A stretch of DNA of 62,904 nt, taken from IMG/VR virus record IMGVR_UViG_3300034168_001612, positions 1-62,904 of that record; one strand, 5' to 3'. This document shows, one piece after another, positions 26,412-36,619 of the stretch (the stretch's first letter is position 1; every line of letters starts with the position of its first letter). Source of the stretch: a virus (taxonomy: Duplodnaviria > Caudoviricetes). A program made the position numbers and the translations under genes. Under the pieces are notes generated by a model. It searched no databases. It was not told the origin of the DNA and saw only the letters and a list, made by a program, of their open reading frames with translations.

Positions 26412-28196
26412 ATGACTGTAAAGAAGGTAAAAAGCCCCGCAAAGCTTTATTGTTCTAATCCTAGTATTTTGAGGAAAATCACCTCTCAAACTATGGATGA
26501 GATCTCAAGTATCGTAGGGTCTAGCTATGGTCCCGGTGGTAAGACCACTCTTATAGAGAGTGAGTATCCAGGAATTCCCAATAAGAATACCAAAGATGGG
26601 GTGACGATTTTTAAATCGCTAGGGTCACAAGATCCCTATAAACATTTGATTATCGAACAAACTAGGGATGCAGCCCAAAGAACGGCCAGTGAGGCTGGAG
26701 ATGGAACGACTGCAACCACTATTATCTCAGCTCATCTCGTTAAATCTTTGTTTAAATATTGTGAAGAAAATCCAAAAGAATCGCCTCAAAGGGCTACTCG
26801 GATTCTGGACAAAATAGTAAAAAAAGAACTTATTCCAACTGTCAGAAAAGCATCAATCCAAATCACTACAGAAAACCAACATCTTCTTGGGAAAGTGGCT
26901 AAAATCTCTGCGAATGGGGATGAGGAGATGGCGGAAGCAGTAATGCAAGCGTTTGATATGGTAGGTTTTGGCGAATCTTCTCACGTTACGATCCAGGAAC
27001 TTTCCGGACCGGGTGGGTACGAAGTAGAGCTTATTGAAGGATATCCGATTGCTATCGGTTTTGAAGAATCAATCGGTAAATTTCATACTGCATTCATAAA
27101 TGATAAAGCCAATCAAAGATGTAAGCTTGATAAGCCTTTGTTTCTTTTGTACGATGGTATAGTGAACGATTTAGTGGCATTTCTTCCTTTGATCGATTCT
27201 CTAGGCAAAAAATACGTACAAGAAGGCGATTCAGATTACTGTAACCTAGTACTAGTAGCCCATGGTTTTTCTGAAAACGTATTAACAACTCTTGCTTTTA
27301 ACTTTTCAAATCCTACAACTTTAAACGTTGTACCAATGGCAACTCCTATAACCAACCAAAAAAATTCCCGATTAGAGTTTCTTTACGATATAGCTGGCTT
27401 TACAGGAGCTAAGATTTTTGATATGAATAATCAGGTAGCGAAGGCTGGATTGCAGGATCTAGGAGCTGGTATGGAACTGTTTGAGTTCTATAGATTTAGA
27501 GGGACAGTTGTCGGTCAGCCTGACGAGATGGATATTTCAGATAGAGCTGACGAATTGGAACAACAACTCAAAAATGCAGCAAGTATTTCCGAAAAATTGG
27601 ATCTGGAAGAGAGGCTCGGTAAATTAACAAACGGTATTGCAAAACTTAAAATATATGGTGCATCTAATGGCGAACTTAAAGAAAGACACGACAGATGCGA
27701 AGATGCTGTTTGTGCTGTAAGAAGTGCGATTAAGCATGGAGCACTTCCCGGCGGATGTAGAGTACTGGTTAACTTAGCATTGAAATTAAATTCTGAATAT
27801 GAAGAAAGTCACAGGGACTACAACTTGGTTCAGACTGTTTTGATTGAAAGTCTTATGGAACCTCTACGCAAGCTTCTGGACAATGCGGGATATAATTCTG
27901 AAGAAATTCAAAAAATTATTACAGATTATTTTGTTGACACAAAAAAAGTCTACGATATAGAAAATATGGAATTCGGAGATCCAGAGGATCTTGGTATATT
28001 CGATGCCTCCCAAGCTATTATCCAGGCTCTAGAGAACAGTGTTTCAATCGCCAGTGTCATGGGTAATTTGGGTGGAATTGTTTGTTCTCCAAGGGATAAT
28101 CAATTAGAACTGAGTGCATGGAAAGAAGATCAAGATTTTAGAAGATCTGTAGACCATGCGGAAGAATTCACAAACGAAGCGAACGTAAGACCTTAA
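26412..28196 (+). CDS. groEL: Phage chaperonin GroEL (Cpn60)
   Basis: GPGG, TKDGVT, AGDGTTAT, ISANGD, EERLGKL, EDAVCA, PGG motifs. Confidence 0.92.
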   Translation: MTVKKVKSPAKLYCSNPSILRKITSQTMDEISSIVGSSYGPGGKTTLIESEYPGIPNKNTKDGVTIFKSLGSQDPYKHLIIEQTRDAAQRTASEAGDGTTATTIISAHLVKSLFKYCEENPKESPQRATRILDKIVKKELIPTVRKASIQITTENQHLLGKVAKISANGDEEMAEAVMQAFDMVGFGESSHVTIQELSGPGGYEVELIEGYPIAIGFEESIGKFHTAFINDKANQRCKLDKPLFLLYDGIVNDLVAFLPLIDSLGKKYVQEGDSDYCNLVLVAHGFSENVLTTLAFNFSNPTTLNVVPMATPITNQKNSRLEFLYDIAGFTGAKIFDMNNQVAKAGLQDLGAGMELFEFYRFRGTVVGQPDEMDISDRADELEQQLKNAASISEKLDLEERLGKLTNGIAKLKIYGASNGELKERHDRCEDAVCAVRSAIKHGALPGGCRVLVNLALKLNSEYEESHRDYNLVQTVLIESLMEPLRKLLDNAGYNSEEIQKIITDYFVDTKKVYDIENMEFGDPEDLGIFDASQAIIQALENSVSIASVMGNLGGIVCSPRDNQLELSAWKEDQDFRRSVDHAEEFTNEANVRP

Positions 28197-28199
28197 AAA

Positions 28200-30035
28200 A
28201 TGTCTGAAGAATTAGAAAAACTCAAAGCCGACCTCATCTTAAGGCCCCTCAATTCTGCACAAGAGTTGAGGGACTGGATGTACACGTATTTTGATATTAG
28301 ATTTCCTATGGGGGTCGTATATCCTACATCAACCCATGGACCGGTGGAGTCTGCTTGGCGTATTTATGAACTGATAAAAACAGGCGAAAGTAAAGATGTT
28401 CCTGAGATTGTCTTGCTTTCTAGTCGTGATTCTTATAAAACTCTAATTGCTTCAGCTATTGAAGTCCTTTGTCTTGTTCATTTTAAATTCAGTATCGCTC
28501 ATGCCGCAGCTATCCTTTCTCAATCAGAAAAAGCCGTACAATATGCTAACTCATTTTTTAATAAAATACAGCCTTATTTAGAAAAAAATGGCTGGAAAAA
28601 GATATCAGACAGCAAAACCAAGCTTGAATGGAGAACAGACGAGGGTGATAGTATCTATCTTCGAGTTCTTGTAATGACACGAAAAGGGATGAACTCTGAG
28701 CATTTGCCCATGCTTTTTTTGGATGAGATTGATCTAATCCAAGATCCAGGTGCCTTAGAAGAAGCTAAAATGGTTCCCAGTATTTATAAAAAATACTTCC
28801 CCCTTACAGTAGGGTTATCTACTCGAAAATATGCCGGGGGATTAATGGAAAAAAAGATTCGAGAAACTGAAAGATCTGGCGGCGAAGTGTTACGATGGAA
28901 TATTGTAGATATAACAGAAAGAATCTCAAAAGAAGAAGCAAAAACAAACCAACCCAAGGTTACAAGGTATATATCCAGAGAGCTTCCTTTAAAGAATATA
29001 CCACCAGAAGAATTTAAAACATTAAATGAAAAAGAACAACAAAAGTTTGAAGAATTTGAAGCCTACGCTGGGATAGCTACTCATCCCATGCTTTCTGTTA
29101 TGAGGAACTACTTGGTAGACAGGCCGCAGGCAGATGTTGGAGATTTGTACAAACCTGTTATTGCAGTAAGAAATAACTTTAAACAAACCTCACCAGAAAT
29201 GGGGGAGGCTCAGCTCTTATGTAATAAACCAAGTTCTTCTGGACTTGTTTATCCTAGGTTTAGTACTGTTGAAAATTCAATCAGCCTAAATGATGCCTAT
29301 AAGTACCTGTCAGGCGATGAAGAATCATCCAGAACCTTGACAGAACTCATAGATTACATGCATAATCTGGGTATAGAGTTTTATGCAGCTGCCGATTGGG
29401 GTAATACTGATGAAACTTCTTTAGGTATTTTTGCTAAATTGGCAGGGGGAACGACATGGCTTATAGACTTACTCTCTGCTCCTGATATGGAAATACCTGA
29501 AATTAAAGAGAAAGTTAAAGATTTTACAGAGATGTATAAAATAAAAAGATGGTTTTGTGATTCCAACTATCCTGCTTATATAAAAATGCTAAAAAGAACT
29601 GATACTATATATGGAAAGATTCCTGCTGTGGGTGTTAAGAAAGGTGTAGAGTCTGTGATAGACGGGATCACCTGCGTACAATCTCGAATTGTGGACGCTA
29701 GTAATAGTCGACATTTTAAAGTGCTGAAGCATCAAAATACACAAAGAGTGCTTGATGCTTTTGAAACGTATAAATGGAAACTTGATGGAAAAGGGAACCC
29801 CATAGATGGTAAGCCGGAGCACGGGAAAGACGGAGTTGCTGATATTATGGATATGATACGATATTATTTTTTTAGTATGTTCGGGAAGGGGAAAAGCGTT
29901 TTATTCTCTTATGATTTAGAGAATCTCAACCAGACCCCTACCAACTTGAAAAATAAAATAACAGAATTAACGGGTAAACCTACTTCTGGCGTAAGAAAAT
30001 CAGGAAAAAATAAAGGTTTATTGTGGGACATTTAA
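28200..30035 (+). CDS. terL: Terminase large subunit
   Basis: Deviant Walker A SRDSYKT, LFLDE Walker B, AADWG nuclease motif, DIMDMIRY. Confidence 0.85.
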   Translation: MSEELEKLKADLILRPLNSAQELRDWMYTYFDIRFPMGVVYPTSTHGPVESAWRIYELIKTGESKDVPEIVLLSSRDSYKTLIASAIEVLCLVHFKFSIAHAAAILSQSEKAVQYANSFFNKIQPYLEKNGWKKISDSKTKLEWRTDEGDSIYLRVLVMTRKGMNSEHLPMLFLDEIDLIQDPGALEEAKMVPSIYKKYFPLTVGLSTRKYAGGLMEKKIRETERSGGEVLRWNIVDITERISKEEAKTNQPKVTRYISRELPLKNIPPEEFKTLNEKEQQKFEEFEAYAGIATHPMLSVMRNYLVDRPQADVGDLYKPVIAVRNNFKQTSPEMGEAQLLCNKPSSSGLVYPRFSTVENSISLNDAYKYLSGDEESSRTLTELIDYMHNLGIEFYAAADWGNTDETSLGIFAKLAGGTTWLIDLLSAPDMEIPEIKEKVKDFTEMYKIKRWFCDSNYPAYIKMLKRTDTIYGKIPAVGVKKGVESVIDGITCVQSRIVDASNSRHFKVLKHQNTQRVLDAFETYKWKLDGKGNPIDGKPEHGKDGVADIMDMIRYYFFSMFGKGKSVLFSYDLENLNQTPTNLKNKITELTGKPTSGVRKSGKNKGLLWDI

Positions 30036-30071
30036 TCCTAATTTTTCAAATAAAATCTAGAGAGGTATTCT

Positions 30072-30773
30072 GTGTCTAAAATGAATATTCTAGTAGATTT
30101 AAAGGGATACGATGGGAATAATGCCAATACTTCCAGAGCTATCTTTAACAAAAATCTACAACATGTAGGTATTTCAATTGATAGAGAAATAACCCAGGAA
30201 TTGGAAATACCGGCAAATACGGTAAGACTGCTAGTCTCTGCTTCTGGTTCTTCGGGTTCAACTCCGGCTACAGGTCCTACGTTTAAACAAGAATCTGCTA
30301 CTTTAACAACAACGCAGGATCTGGTTTATATTGAAATAGATAAAAAAATAATAACAGATAGCCTGATTCTATCAAACGGCATGGCTCTTGGGCATAGAAA
30401 CGTTGATTATCAGATTACCTTTATAGGCAGTAAAACAAGGATAACTTGGATCAATGATTGGGCAGTAGGAGGAGACAGAGCTGTTGAATTAGATGAAACC
30501 ATATTTTTATCCTATGCCTATTATACAACAGAACAAGATCCGTCATTCCCAACTCCTCATCCTGGGGTTGCTTTGTTTAAATTCTTTTACATAGAGGCTG
30601 ACAAAGAGTGCGAAATACTTATAAATCAAACTATCCGGAACATTCTTAAACCTGTAGTTGTAAACAATACTGCAAAAAAAGGAATGTTTTTAATAAGCGC
30701 CGATATAAACGATGTTTATATTGTTAACAATAATGATACAAGTATAATTGTGTATTATGTAACAGCAAAATAG
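30072..30773 (+). CDS. Hypothetical structural protein
   Basis: GAGG RBS, GTG start; beta-rich; lies between terL and portal. Confidence 0.6.
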   Translation: MSKMNILVDLKGYDGNNANTSRAIFNKNLQHVGISIDREITQELEIPANTVRLLVSASGSSGSTPATGPTFKQESATLTTTQDLVYIEIDKKIITDSLILSNGMALGHRNVDYQITFIGSKTRITWINDWAVGGDRAVELDETIFLSYAYYTTEQDPSFPTPHPGVALFKFFYIEADKECEILINQTIRNILKPVVVNNTAKKGMFLISADINDVYIVNNNDTSIIVYYVTAK

Positions 30774-30780
30774 GTAAACT

Positions 30781-32646
30781 ATGTCTGATGATAACAAAAA
30801 AAATTCAGGTAGCCCAGAGAACGGCAATAATTCCGAAGGGCTAAACAAATCAGAAAGCCCTCCGACTGGGTCTAGGAAAACTTTATTCACTATTTCAAAT
30901 GAGATTAATTCAGAGCTAATGAAAGGCTACATGGATAATCCCGATACAGACGTAGATAAAAGTCTAGGAGATCTAATAGGCTCCGGCTCAGGTTCTTCGA
31001 GAAATGTCAACAGAACCACAAAGCCTCGAATGGCTTTTACCGAAGATCCAGCCCGAAAAGACAATTACTTTGGCTTATTCAAAAACAAAAAAAGACTTCT
31101 TCCAGACTGGACAATCAAAAGAATCAGACAGGAAGATCATCTTGTCGCCTCTATTTTACGTGCCAGAGGGAATACGATGTCAATGTTTGCCCGTCTTAGA
31201 AAAGACAGGTTCGATATTGGTATTGAGGGAAATATAAAATCTGAATATGAAGAAATAGTATCTCCAGAGCAAAGAATCAAAATTGAAGAAAGAATGGATA
31301 AAGCTTTAAATATTTTGATGAATTGCGGGAATAATGAAGGTGTTGCTAATGATGACAGAATGCTTCTTTCGGAATATTTTTACACTTCAGCCATAAATGG
31401 ACTATCATTCGGAAGGTTTGCTACAGAGATTATCTACGAAGAGGATGATTTAGGAAATAAAATTTTTCACAGATTCAGACCTGTCGATGCTGGTACAATC
31501 TATAAAGCTGTTCAAAAAGGGGAATATGCTGATAGCATAAGACAAGCCTCTATTAGAATGCTAGAGGATGTGCAGGGTTCTAAAATCGATAGAGGATCTG
31601 TTTTGGCAGGACGGTATTCTTGGATTCAGGTAGTGGACAATATCCCTCGACAGGCTTTTACTCAAGAGGAAATGCTTCTTTGTAACCTATTTCCTTCAAC
31701 AGATATTGAGCACAATGGATATCCTGTAACTCCTCTTGATACAATAATGCAAGCGGTAACTACTCATATTTCCATAGAAACCTATAACAGACTTTATTTT
31801 GCCAACGGAAGAGCCACCAAAGGTATCTTGGTTATTAAGTCAGACGAAATTGATCAAGCAACAGTCGAAGGGATTAAGCAACAGTTTAATGCTTCAATCA
31901 ATAGTGTAGGAAATTCTTTTAGAACACCAATCTTCGGAGTAAGCTCGGAAGACGATGTTCAGTGGGTTCCTATGAATATGCAGAAAAAAGACGGGGAATT
32001 TCAGTTTCTTTATGACTCCGTAGCCAGAAATATTTTATCGGCTTTTTGTATGTCGCCAGATGAATTACCGGGGTACGGACATCTTTCAAAAGGAACAAAT
32101 CAACAATCACTATCTGAAGCAAATAATGAGTACAAACTCACAGCTGCTCGAGATACAGGGATCAGACCACTTATTTTAAAATTTCAAGATTTTATTAATG
32201 AGAAACTCTTTCCTTTGATTGATCCCGAGCTTTCTCAGGTATGTATCATAACCCTATCCGGATTAGATGCCGATACCAGACAAAACGAAGCTCTTAGACT
32301 TCAGTCAGATATGCCTCTTCATATGAGCATGGATGAGGTAATGAATTACGTTGACAAAAGACCTTTGGGCGTACATCTCGGCGGTGAGGTAAATTTTAAC
32401 GAAAGATTCCAAGTAATAGTTGATAAATATTTAGAAACATCTAATTTTACGGGTCACACAATTGACCCGGCGTATCTGGTTGATCCCATGTTAAAGTACC
32501 GCAGAGATGCGTTTTGGTTTCAACAATTAGCAATATTGATGCAATCTAACCCAACTGCGGTACAAGCTTATTTTGCTTACAGACCTGATAATGTTGAATT
32601 ATTAAAAATGTTAGAACAAGATATGTTAGACGAAGATGATGAATAG
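30781..32646 (+). CDS. Portal protein
   Basis: FRPVDAGTI, GYPVTPLD, YFANG..KGIL, DGEFQF, AFCMSPDEL, GIRPL. Confidence 0.88.
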   Translation: MSDDNKKNSGSPENGNNSEGLNKSESPPTGSRKTLFTISNEINSELMKGYMDNPDTDVDKSLGDLIGSGSGSSRNVNRTTKPRMAFTEDPARKDNYFGLFKNKKRLLPDWTIKRIRQEDHLVASILRARGNTMSMFARLRKDRFDIGIEGNIKSEYEEIVSPEQRIKIEERMDKALNILMNCGNNEGVANDDRMLLSEYFYTSAINGLSFGRFATEIIYEEDDLGNKIFHRFRPVDAGTIYKAVQKGEYADSIRQASIRMLEDVQGSKIDRGSVLAGRYSWIQVVDNIPRQAFTQEEMLLCNLFPSTDIEHNGYPVTPLDTIMQAVTTHISIETYNRLYFANGRATKGILVIKSDEIDQATVEGIKQQFNASINSVGNSFRTPIFGVSSEDDVQWVPMNMQKKDGEFQFLYDSVARNILSAFCMSPDELPGYGHLSKGTNQQSLSEANNEYKLTAARDTGIRPLILKFQDFINEKLFPLIDPELSQVCIITLSGLDADTRQNEALRLQSDMPLHMSMDEVMNYVDKRPLGVHLGGEVNFNERFQVIVDKYLETSNFTGHTIDPAYLVDPMLKYRRDAFWFQQLAILMQSNPTAVQAYFAYRPDNVELLKMLEQDMLDEDDE

Positions 32647-32654
32647 GAGATTAT

Positions 32655-33194
32655 ATGAGTGGTAAAAAAACGGATTGGAAATCAAAATATTATGAATTAC
32701 GCTCCAGGCATATAAATGCAATGGATGTCAGTTTTCGTCTTGGATTTCAAGAAGGACTTAAGGCGGCTGAATTGCAAAATATGCAAATGCAATTACAACA
32801 AGCTCAACAGTCTGCTGCTGCAGGAATGGCTGCCGGCGGTGGAATGCCACCAGAAGCCATGGGAGGCGCTCCGGAAGCAGGAGGTATGCCGCCGGAAGCT
32901 ATGGGAGGCGAAATGCCACCAGAAGCCATGGGAGGCGAAATGCCGCCTGAAATGGGAGGCGCTCCGGAAGCAGGAGGGGAAGAAATTCCTCAGGAAGAAG
33001 AGGAACCAGAGGGTGATCCTCTAGATTCTACTATTAGTGAATTAGAAACTCTTGTGTCTAAAAATGAAAAAATTGATTTTTCTAAAATGCTCAAATCTTT
33101 ACACAGATCCGGCACTAAAAAAAATATTCCTGAGCTATCGGAAAAACATAAAAAAATTGATGATATAATTAAAAAATGGGATGAAAAGAAGTAA
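32655..33194 (+). CDS. Portal-adjacent protein with Gly/Met/Pro repeats
   Basis: AGGAG RBS; GG(E)MPPEAMGG repeats; VSKNE and MLKSL motifs. Confidence 0.65.
   Translation: MSGKKTDWKSKYYELRSRHINAMDVSFRLGFQEGLKAAELQNMQMQLQQAQQSAAAGMAAGGGMPPEAMGGAPEAGGMPPEAMGGEMPPEAMGGEMPPEMGGAPEAGGEEIPQEEEEPEGDPLDSTISELETLVSKNEKIDFSKMLKSLHRSGTKKNIPELSEKHKKIDDIIKKWDEKK
32835..32976 (+). repeat. Imperfect coding repeats (GGMPPEAMGG / APEAGG)
   Basis: Read directly. Confidence 0.8.
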
Positions 33195-33199
33195 ATTAA

Positions 33200-33340
33200 A
33201 TGAGTACATTTAAATTAGTAATAATCTCGATCACTGTGGCGATATTTTTATTTTTATCTCAAAAACACAAAAACCTAGGATGTAACAATCCAGGATCTCT
33301 TGCTGAAAAAGTTAATTTTGGCGGAAAGAATTGTGATTAA
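33200..33340 (+). CDS. Small single-TM protein (46 aa)
   Basis: MSTFKLVIISITVAIFLFLSQ..C..C; converges on the endolysin. Confidence 0.45.
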   Translation: MSTFKLVIISITVAIFLFLSQKHKNLGCNNPGSLAEKVNFGGKNCD

Positions 33341-33738
33341 TCTTTTTTTAACTCAAAATGAGGGATGTCGTTAAAGGTCTGATCTTTGGTATCAAAGTCT
33401 CCGTCCCAATCGGCACCCATTCTTATGTTTATGCCCATTGAAACGGCCAGCCCTTTAATAAAACCTGCAAAAAGATAATTCCTGCTTGTGTTATTCCAAT
33501 CAATAGGGAACGGCATAGCATCAACAGCGTGACTATAGCCATCTGGCTGTTTTATATGCTTAGAGTCCATAGTCTTGGATTTGCCTGTTTTTACATATTC
33601 TTCTTGTTGTTCTTTTGTTCTAACGCCGTCAATAATAGCAATATCAACATATTTAATTGCTTCATTGAACAAGCGCTGTATGTCAGGATGGCAAGTATTT
33701 AATTTATCCAAGGATTTTTGACCGTATTTAAATGACAT
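33337..33738 (-). CDS. Endolysin, M15 L-alanyl-D-glutamate peptidase type
   Basis: GVRT..Q..SKTMDSKH..HAVD..GADW..DIPHFEL. Confidence 0.9.
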   Translation of the reverse strand: MSFKYGQKSLDKLNTCHPDIQRLFNEAIKYVDIAIIDGVRTKEQQEEYVKTGKSKTMDSKHIKQPDGYSHAVDAMPFPIDWNNTSRNYLFAGFIKGLAVSMGINIRMGADWDGDFDTKDQTFNDIPHFELKKD

Positions 33739-33751
33739 AAGCCCTCAATTG

Positions 33752-33781
33752 TGATATTATATATATGTATGATAAAGATTA
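33752..33781. promoter_or_regulatory. Face-to-face promoters: TGATATTAT (+, helicase) and TAATCTTTA (-, endolysin)
   Basis: Both recurrent motifs are oriented toward their divergent genes. Confidence 0.5.
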
Positions 33782-35274
33782 ATATAGAAAATCCTACGGC
33801 TTGTTTTTTAGAGAACCCATCTTCGGATGAGATTTCCAAGCTTAAGCATTGTTTGACATACAATGATACTTCGGCGGCTTTTGCTTTAAAGAACCTTAAA
33901 CAAAACAGATGGTTAGAAGCAAACAAACCCGAAACTTTTAGAATCAGAAAAGAAGAGCTGGAAAGAAAATTGAGAACTTGCATGTTACATTTTTGTTCTA
34001 AGAAAGGGAAGTACTGGTTTCATCCGGGATCTATTTCATATCTTAAAGATAGTTTTAATTTTGAGCTTAAAAATAATATCAAATATCCGGAAGGAAGAAA
34101 AATGGCATGGAAAAAACCTTTGCCATTTGATTTGTATTTTTATCAAAAAGAATCCATAGAGAAGCTCTTGGGAGCGAAGCACGGTTGTGTAGAGTTATGC
34201 ACAGGCGCAGGCAAAACTGCTATAATACTTACCTTAGCCAGGGAGCTGGGTCTTAAAACCGTCATTGTAACACCTAGTAAGTCTATTTTTTTAGAAATTT
34301 TAGAAAAGTTTGAACACCATCTTGGCAAATCAAATGTCGGAGCATATGGAGATGGTAAGAAAAAACTAGGTAAAAATCTTACAGTTTGTGTATCAAAGTC
34401 TTTAACTATGCTAAAAGAAGGGACTCCTGAATACGATTTTTTCGCCAAAGCCGATGTTGTTATAGGGGATGAATCTCACACACTTGCTGCTGAAACTCTA
34501 GAATCAGTATTCCATGGTGTATTGAAAGATGTGCCATATAGGTTCTTTTTATCTGGAACTCAAGTAAGGGGAGATGGTAAAGACGAGCTATTAGAATCAA
34601 TTATCGGTCAGAAAGTTTTTTCTTTAACCACTAAAGAGGCAATTGAAGGAAAGTTTATTTGTCCTGTAAAGTTTGTTATTTTTGAAACTACCAGCAAAGA
34701 CACTAAGAGATATGGCGATGCTCTTAAAGCAAAACGTAATCAATTCTTATATAATTCCAATATTGCAGACATTGCTGCGAAAATTGCCAATTCTGCGTGG
34801 AACCAGGCTCAAGAGTCCACTCTTATTCTTGTCGAAGAACTTGAGCAAATCAGGATGCTTAAAGATAGATTAAAAGTACCTTTTGATTACGTCCATTCGG
34901 CGGCTAAGGCTAATGCCGCAGAGTTTGGGCTAGAGACCAGAAAGGTAGACGAGACAGTGGAGGCGTTTAATAAGGGCGAAATAAGGGTCTTAATTGGCAC
35001 AAGTTGTATTGCAACCGGAACAAATATCTACCCAACTCATAATACTATAAACTGGGTAGGAGGTTCTTCAGAAGTTAAAACAAAACAAGGAGCAGTTGGC
35101 AGAAGTGTCAGGCTTTTAGAAAAAAGTGAATACAACAATCTTCACAAAAATAAGCCATATTCTAAGGTTTATGATTTTAGAGTTTCTAACATCCCCTTGA
35201 TGGAAAATCATTTACAAAAAAGAATTTCTATGTACAAAGAAACTTCTGATGATATTAAGTATATTAAGTTATGA
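33769..35274 (+). CDS. SF2 DNA helicase (UvsW-like)
   Basis: CTGAGKT, DESH, SGT, QGAVGRSVR; start inferred at MIKIN. Confidence 0.88.
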   Translation: MIKINIENPTACFLENPSSDEISKLKHCLTYNDTSAAFALKNLKQNRWLEANKPETFRIRKEELERKLRTCMLHFCSKKGKYWFHPGSISYLKDSFNFELKNNIKYPEGRKMAWKKPLPFDLYFYQKESIEKLLGAKHGCVELCTGAGKTAIILTLARELGLKTVIVTPSKSIFLEILEKFEHHLGKSNVGAYGDGKKKLGKNLTVCVSKSLTMLKEGTPEYDFFAKADVVIGDESHTLAAETLESVFHGVLKDVPYRFFLSGTQVRGDGKDELLESIIGQKVFSLTTKEAIEGKFICPVKFVIFETTSKDTKRYGDALKAKRNQFLYNSNIADIAAKIANSAWNQAQESTLILVEELEQIRMLKDRLKVPFDYVHSAAKANAAEFGLETRKVDETVEAFNKGEIRVLIGTSCIATGTNIYPTHNTINWVGGSSEVKTKQGAVGRSVRLLEKSEYNNLHKNKPYSKVYDFRVSNIPLMENHLQKRISMYKETSDDIKYIKL

Positions 35275-36308
35275 AAAATAAAAGTAAAAAGATTAATGAT
35301 CCTGTTTTTTATAATCTAGCGAACGATATCGCTAAGATTCTAGCTAAAAACAATAACGGCAAAAAGCTGAATAAAAAGGATTTTACCAAAAAACAGAAGG
35401 CCCAAGTAGAAAGAATGATGGAGTTAGAAGAAGTTTTTAGAAAAACTATAAACTCCTATAAACAAAGTGATAAAATATATTATAAGTTTTTAATGCATAT
35501 AAAAATAGAAAAAGGCAACATCTTGATGGCAAGACCTTTTTTTAGAGAAAATTCAAAAACATTCGGAAAAGATATATCTCCAGCATTTAAAGAAGATGAT
35601 ATCGAAAAAATAAAACAATTTCATATAAATTATAAGTTTATATTGTTCGTGATTGAGAACTGGAAAGGAAACGTTCCAACTAAGGCTGTGGATGCATGGG
35701 AAGAACATCAAGAAGTAAGAAGGCAGCTAATAGAGAACAGCATGCCTATGGCTATAAACGAAGCCATGAAGTTCTATAAGGCTGTGCCTAAAAATCATGC
35801 CACTTTGATGGACATCATAAATGCCTCTGTGGCGGGGTTATGTATTGGGGCGGATAAATGGGTAGGACCATTCAGGACTGTTTTCAGAAGTGTGTGCCTT
35901 AGTCGTATGAAGAGTAATATCATGGATGTTTACAATCAAACTTTTCTTCATTATTATCCTTCTGATAAAAAAATCATTTATAAGTCTAACTTATTGAAAA
36001 GTCGTGAAAAGATAAAAGATCCGTTAGAGCTTTTAAATGCTATTAATGCCTATCTCGAAGAAAACAATGATAAGAGAGTTTTAAAAAATCACGAATTACA
36101 GAACTTATTAAATGGAGCAAGTTTGGAAAGCATAGAAGCCAACGCCACTGAGGAAGGTTTTTCAATTTACGACACTTATGTTGATGAAAACAGTGATGTA
36201 GAAAAAAATATGGAAAATTCTGATGCATTAAAACACATCGTAGTAAAAATGAAAGATTTACTAATAATAGAAAAGAAAATAATAAAACTTAAAGGGGTAG
36301 ACTTATGA
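35271..36308 (+). CDS. Sigma70-family factor lacking region 4.2
   Basis: RRQLIENSMPMAINEA..DIINASVAGL..ADKW..FRSV (region 2); ends IEKKIIKLKGVDL. Confidence 0.7.
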   Translation: MKNKSKKINDPVFYNLANDIAKILAKNNNGKKLNKKDFTKKQKAQVERMMELEEVFRKTINSYKQSDKIYYKFLMHIKIEKGNILMARPFFRENSKTFGKDISPAFKEDDIEKIKQFHINYKFILFVIENWKGNVPTKAVDAWEEHQEVRRQLIENSMPMAINEAMKFYKAVPKNHATLMDIINASVAGLCIGADKWVGPFRTVFRSVCLSRMKSNIMDVYNQTFLHYYPSDKKIIYKSNLLKSREKIKDPLELLNAINAYLEENNDKRVLKNHELQNLLNGASLESIEANATEEGFSIYDTYVDENSDVEKNMENSDALKHIVVKMKDLLIIEKKIIKLKGVDL

Positions 36309-36619
36309 AAACATCCATTAATGGCAACCTAATTCTAAAGCCTTACACTAAGACTAAAGAGTTAAGAGCTACAGAGGTAGCCTCTGGGTTTGTAATGACA
36401 GCAAATAAGATCGGACTAGAATCATTAGAACTTTTAGTTGACGCAACAGTAGGACTAGGCCATAATGCAATGCATCTGCCCAAAGGTAGTAAAATTTATT
36501 TCAAGGAAGAAACATTGCATACTCAGAAATGGCCTAGACAAATTTTTGAATCAGAAGAGTTTTCTGGAGGATTTGTCGTAGGTAGTATTGCTGATGTTTT
36601 ATTTTTCGAGCATGTATAA
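36305..36619 (+). CDS. GroES-like co-chaperonin
   Basis: INGNLILKP..SGFVM..GSKIYF..FVV..ADVL follows the Cpn10 pattern; 104 aa. Confidence 0.6.
   Translation: MKTSINGNLILKPYTKTKELRATEVASGFVMTANKIGLESLELLVDATVGLGHNAMHLPKGSKIYFKEETLHTQKWPRQIFESEEFSGGFVVGSIADVLFFEHV

Noticed and set aside
33200-33340. Holin call for the small TM ORF next to the endolysin
   Set aside because: Single TM, opposite strand, no family motif; left as hypothetical
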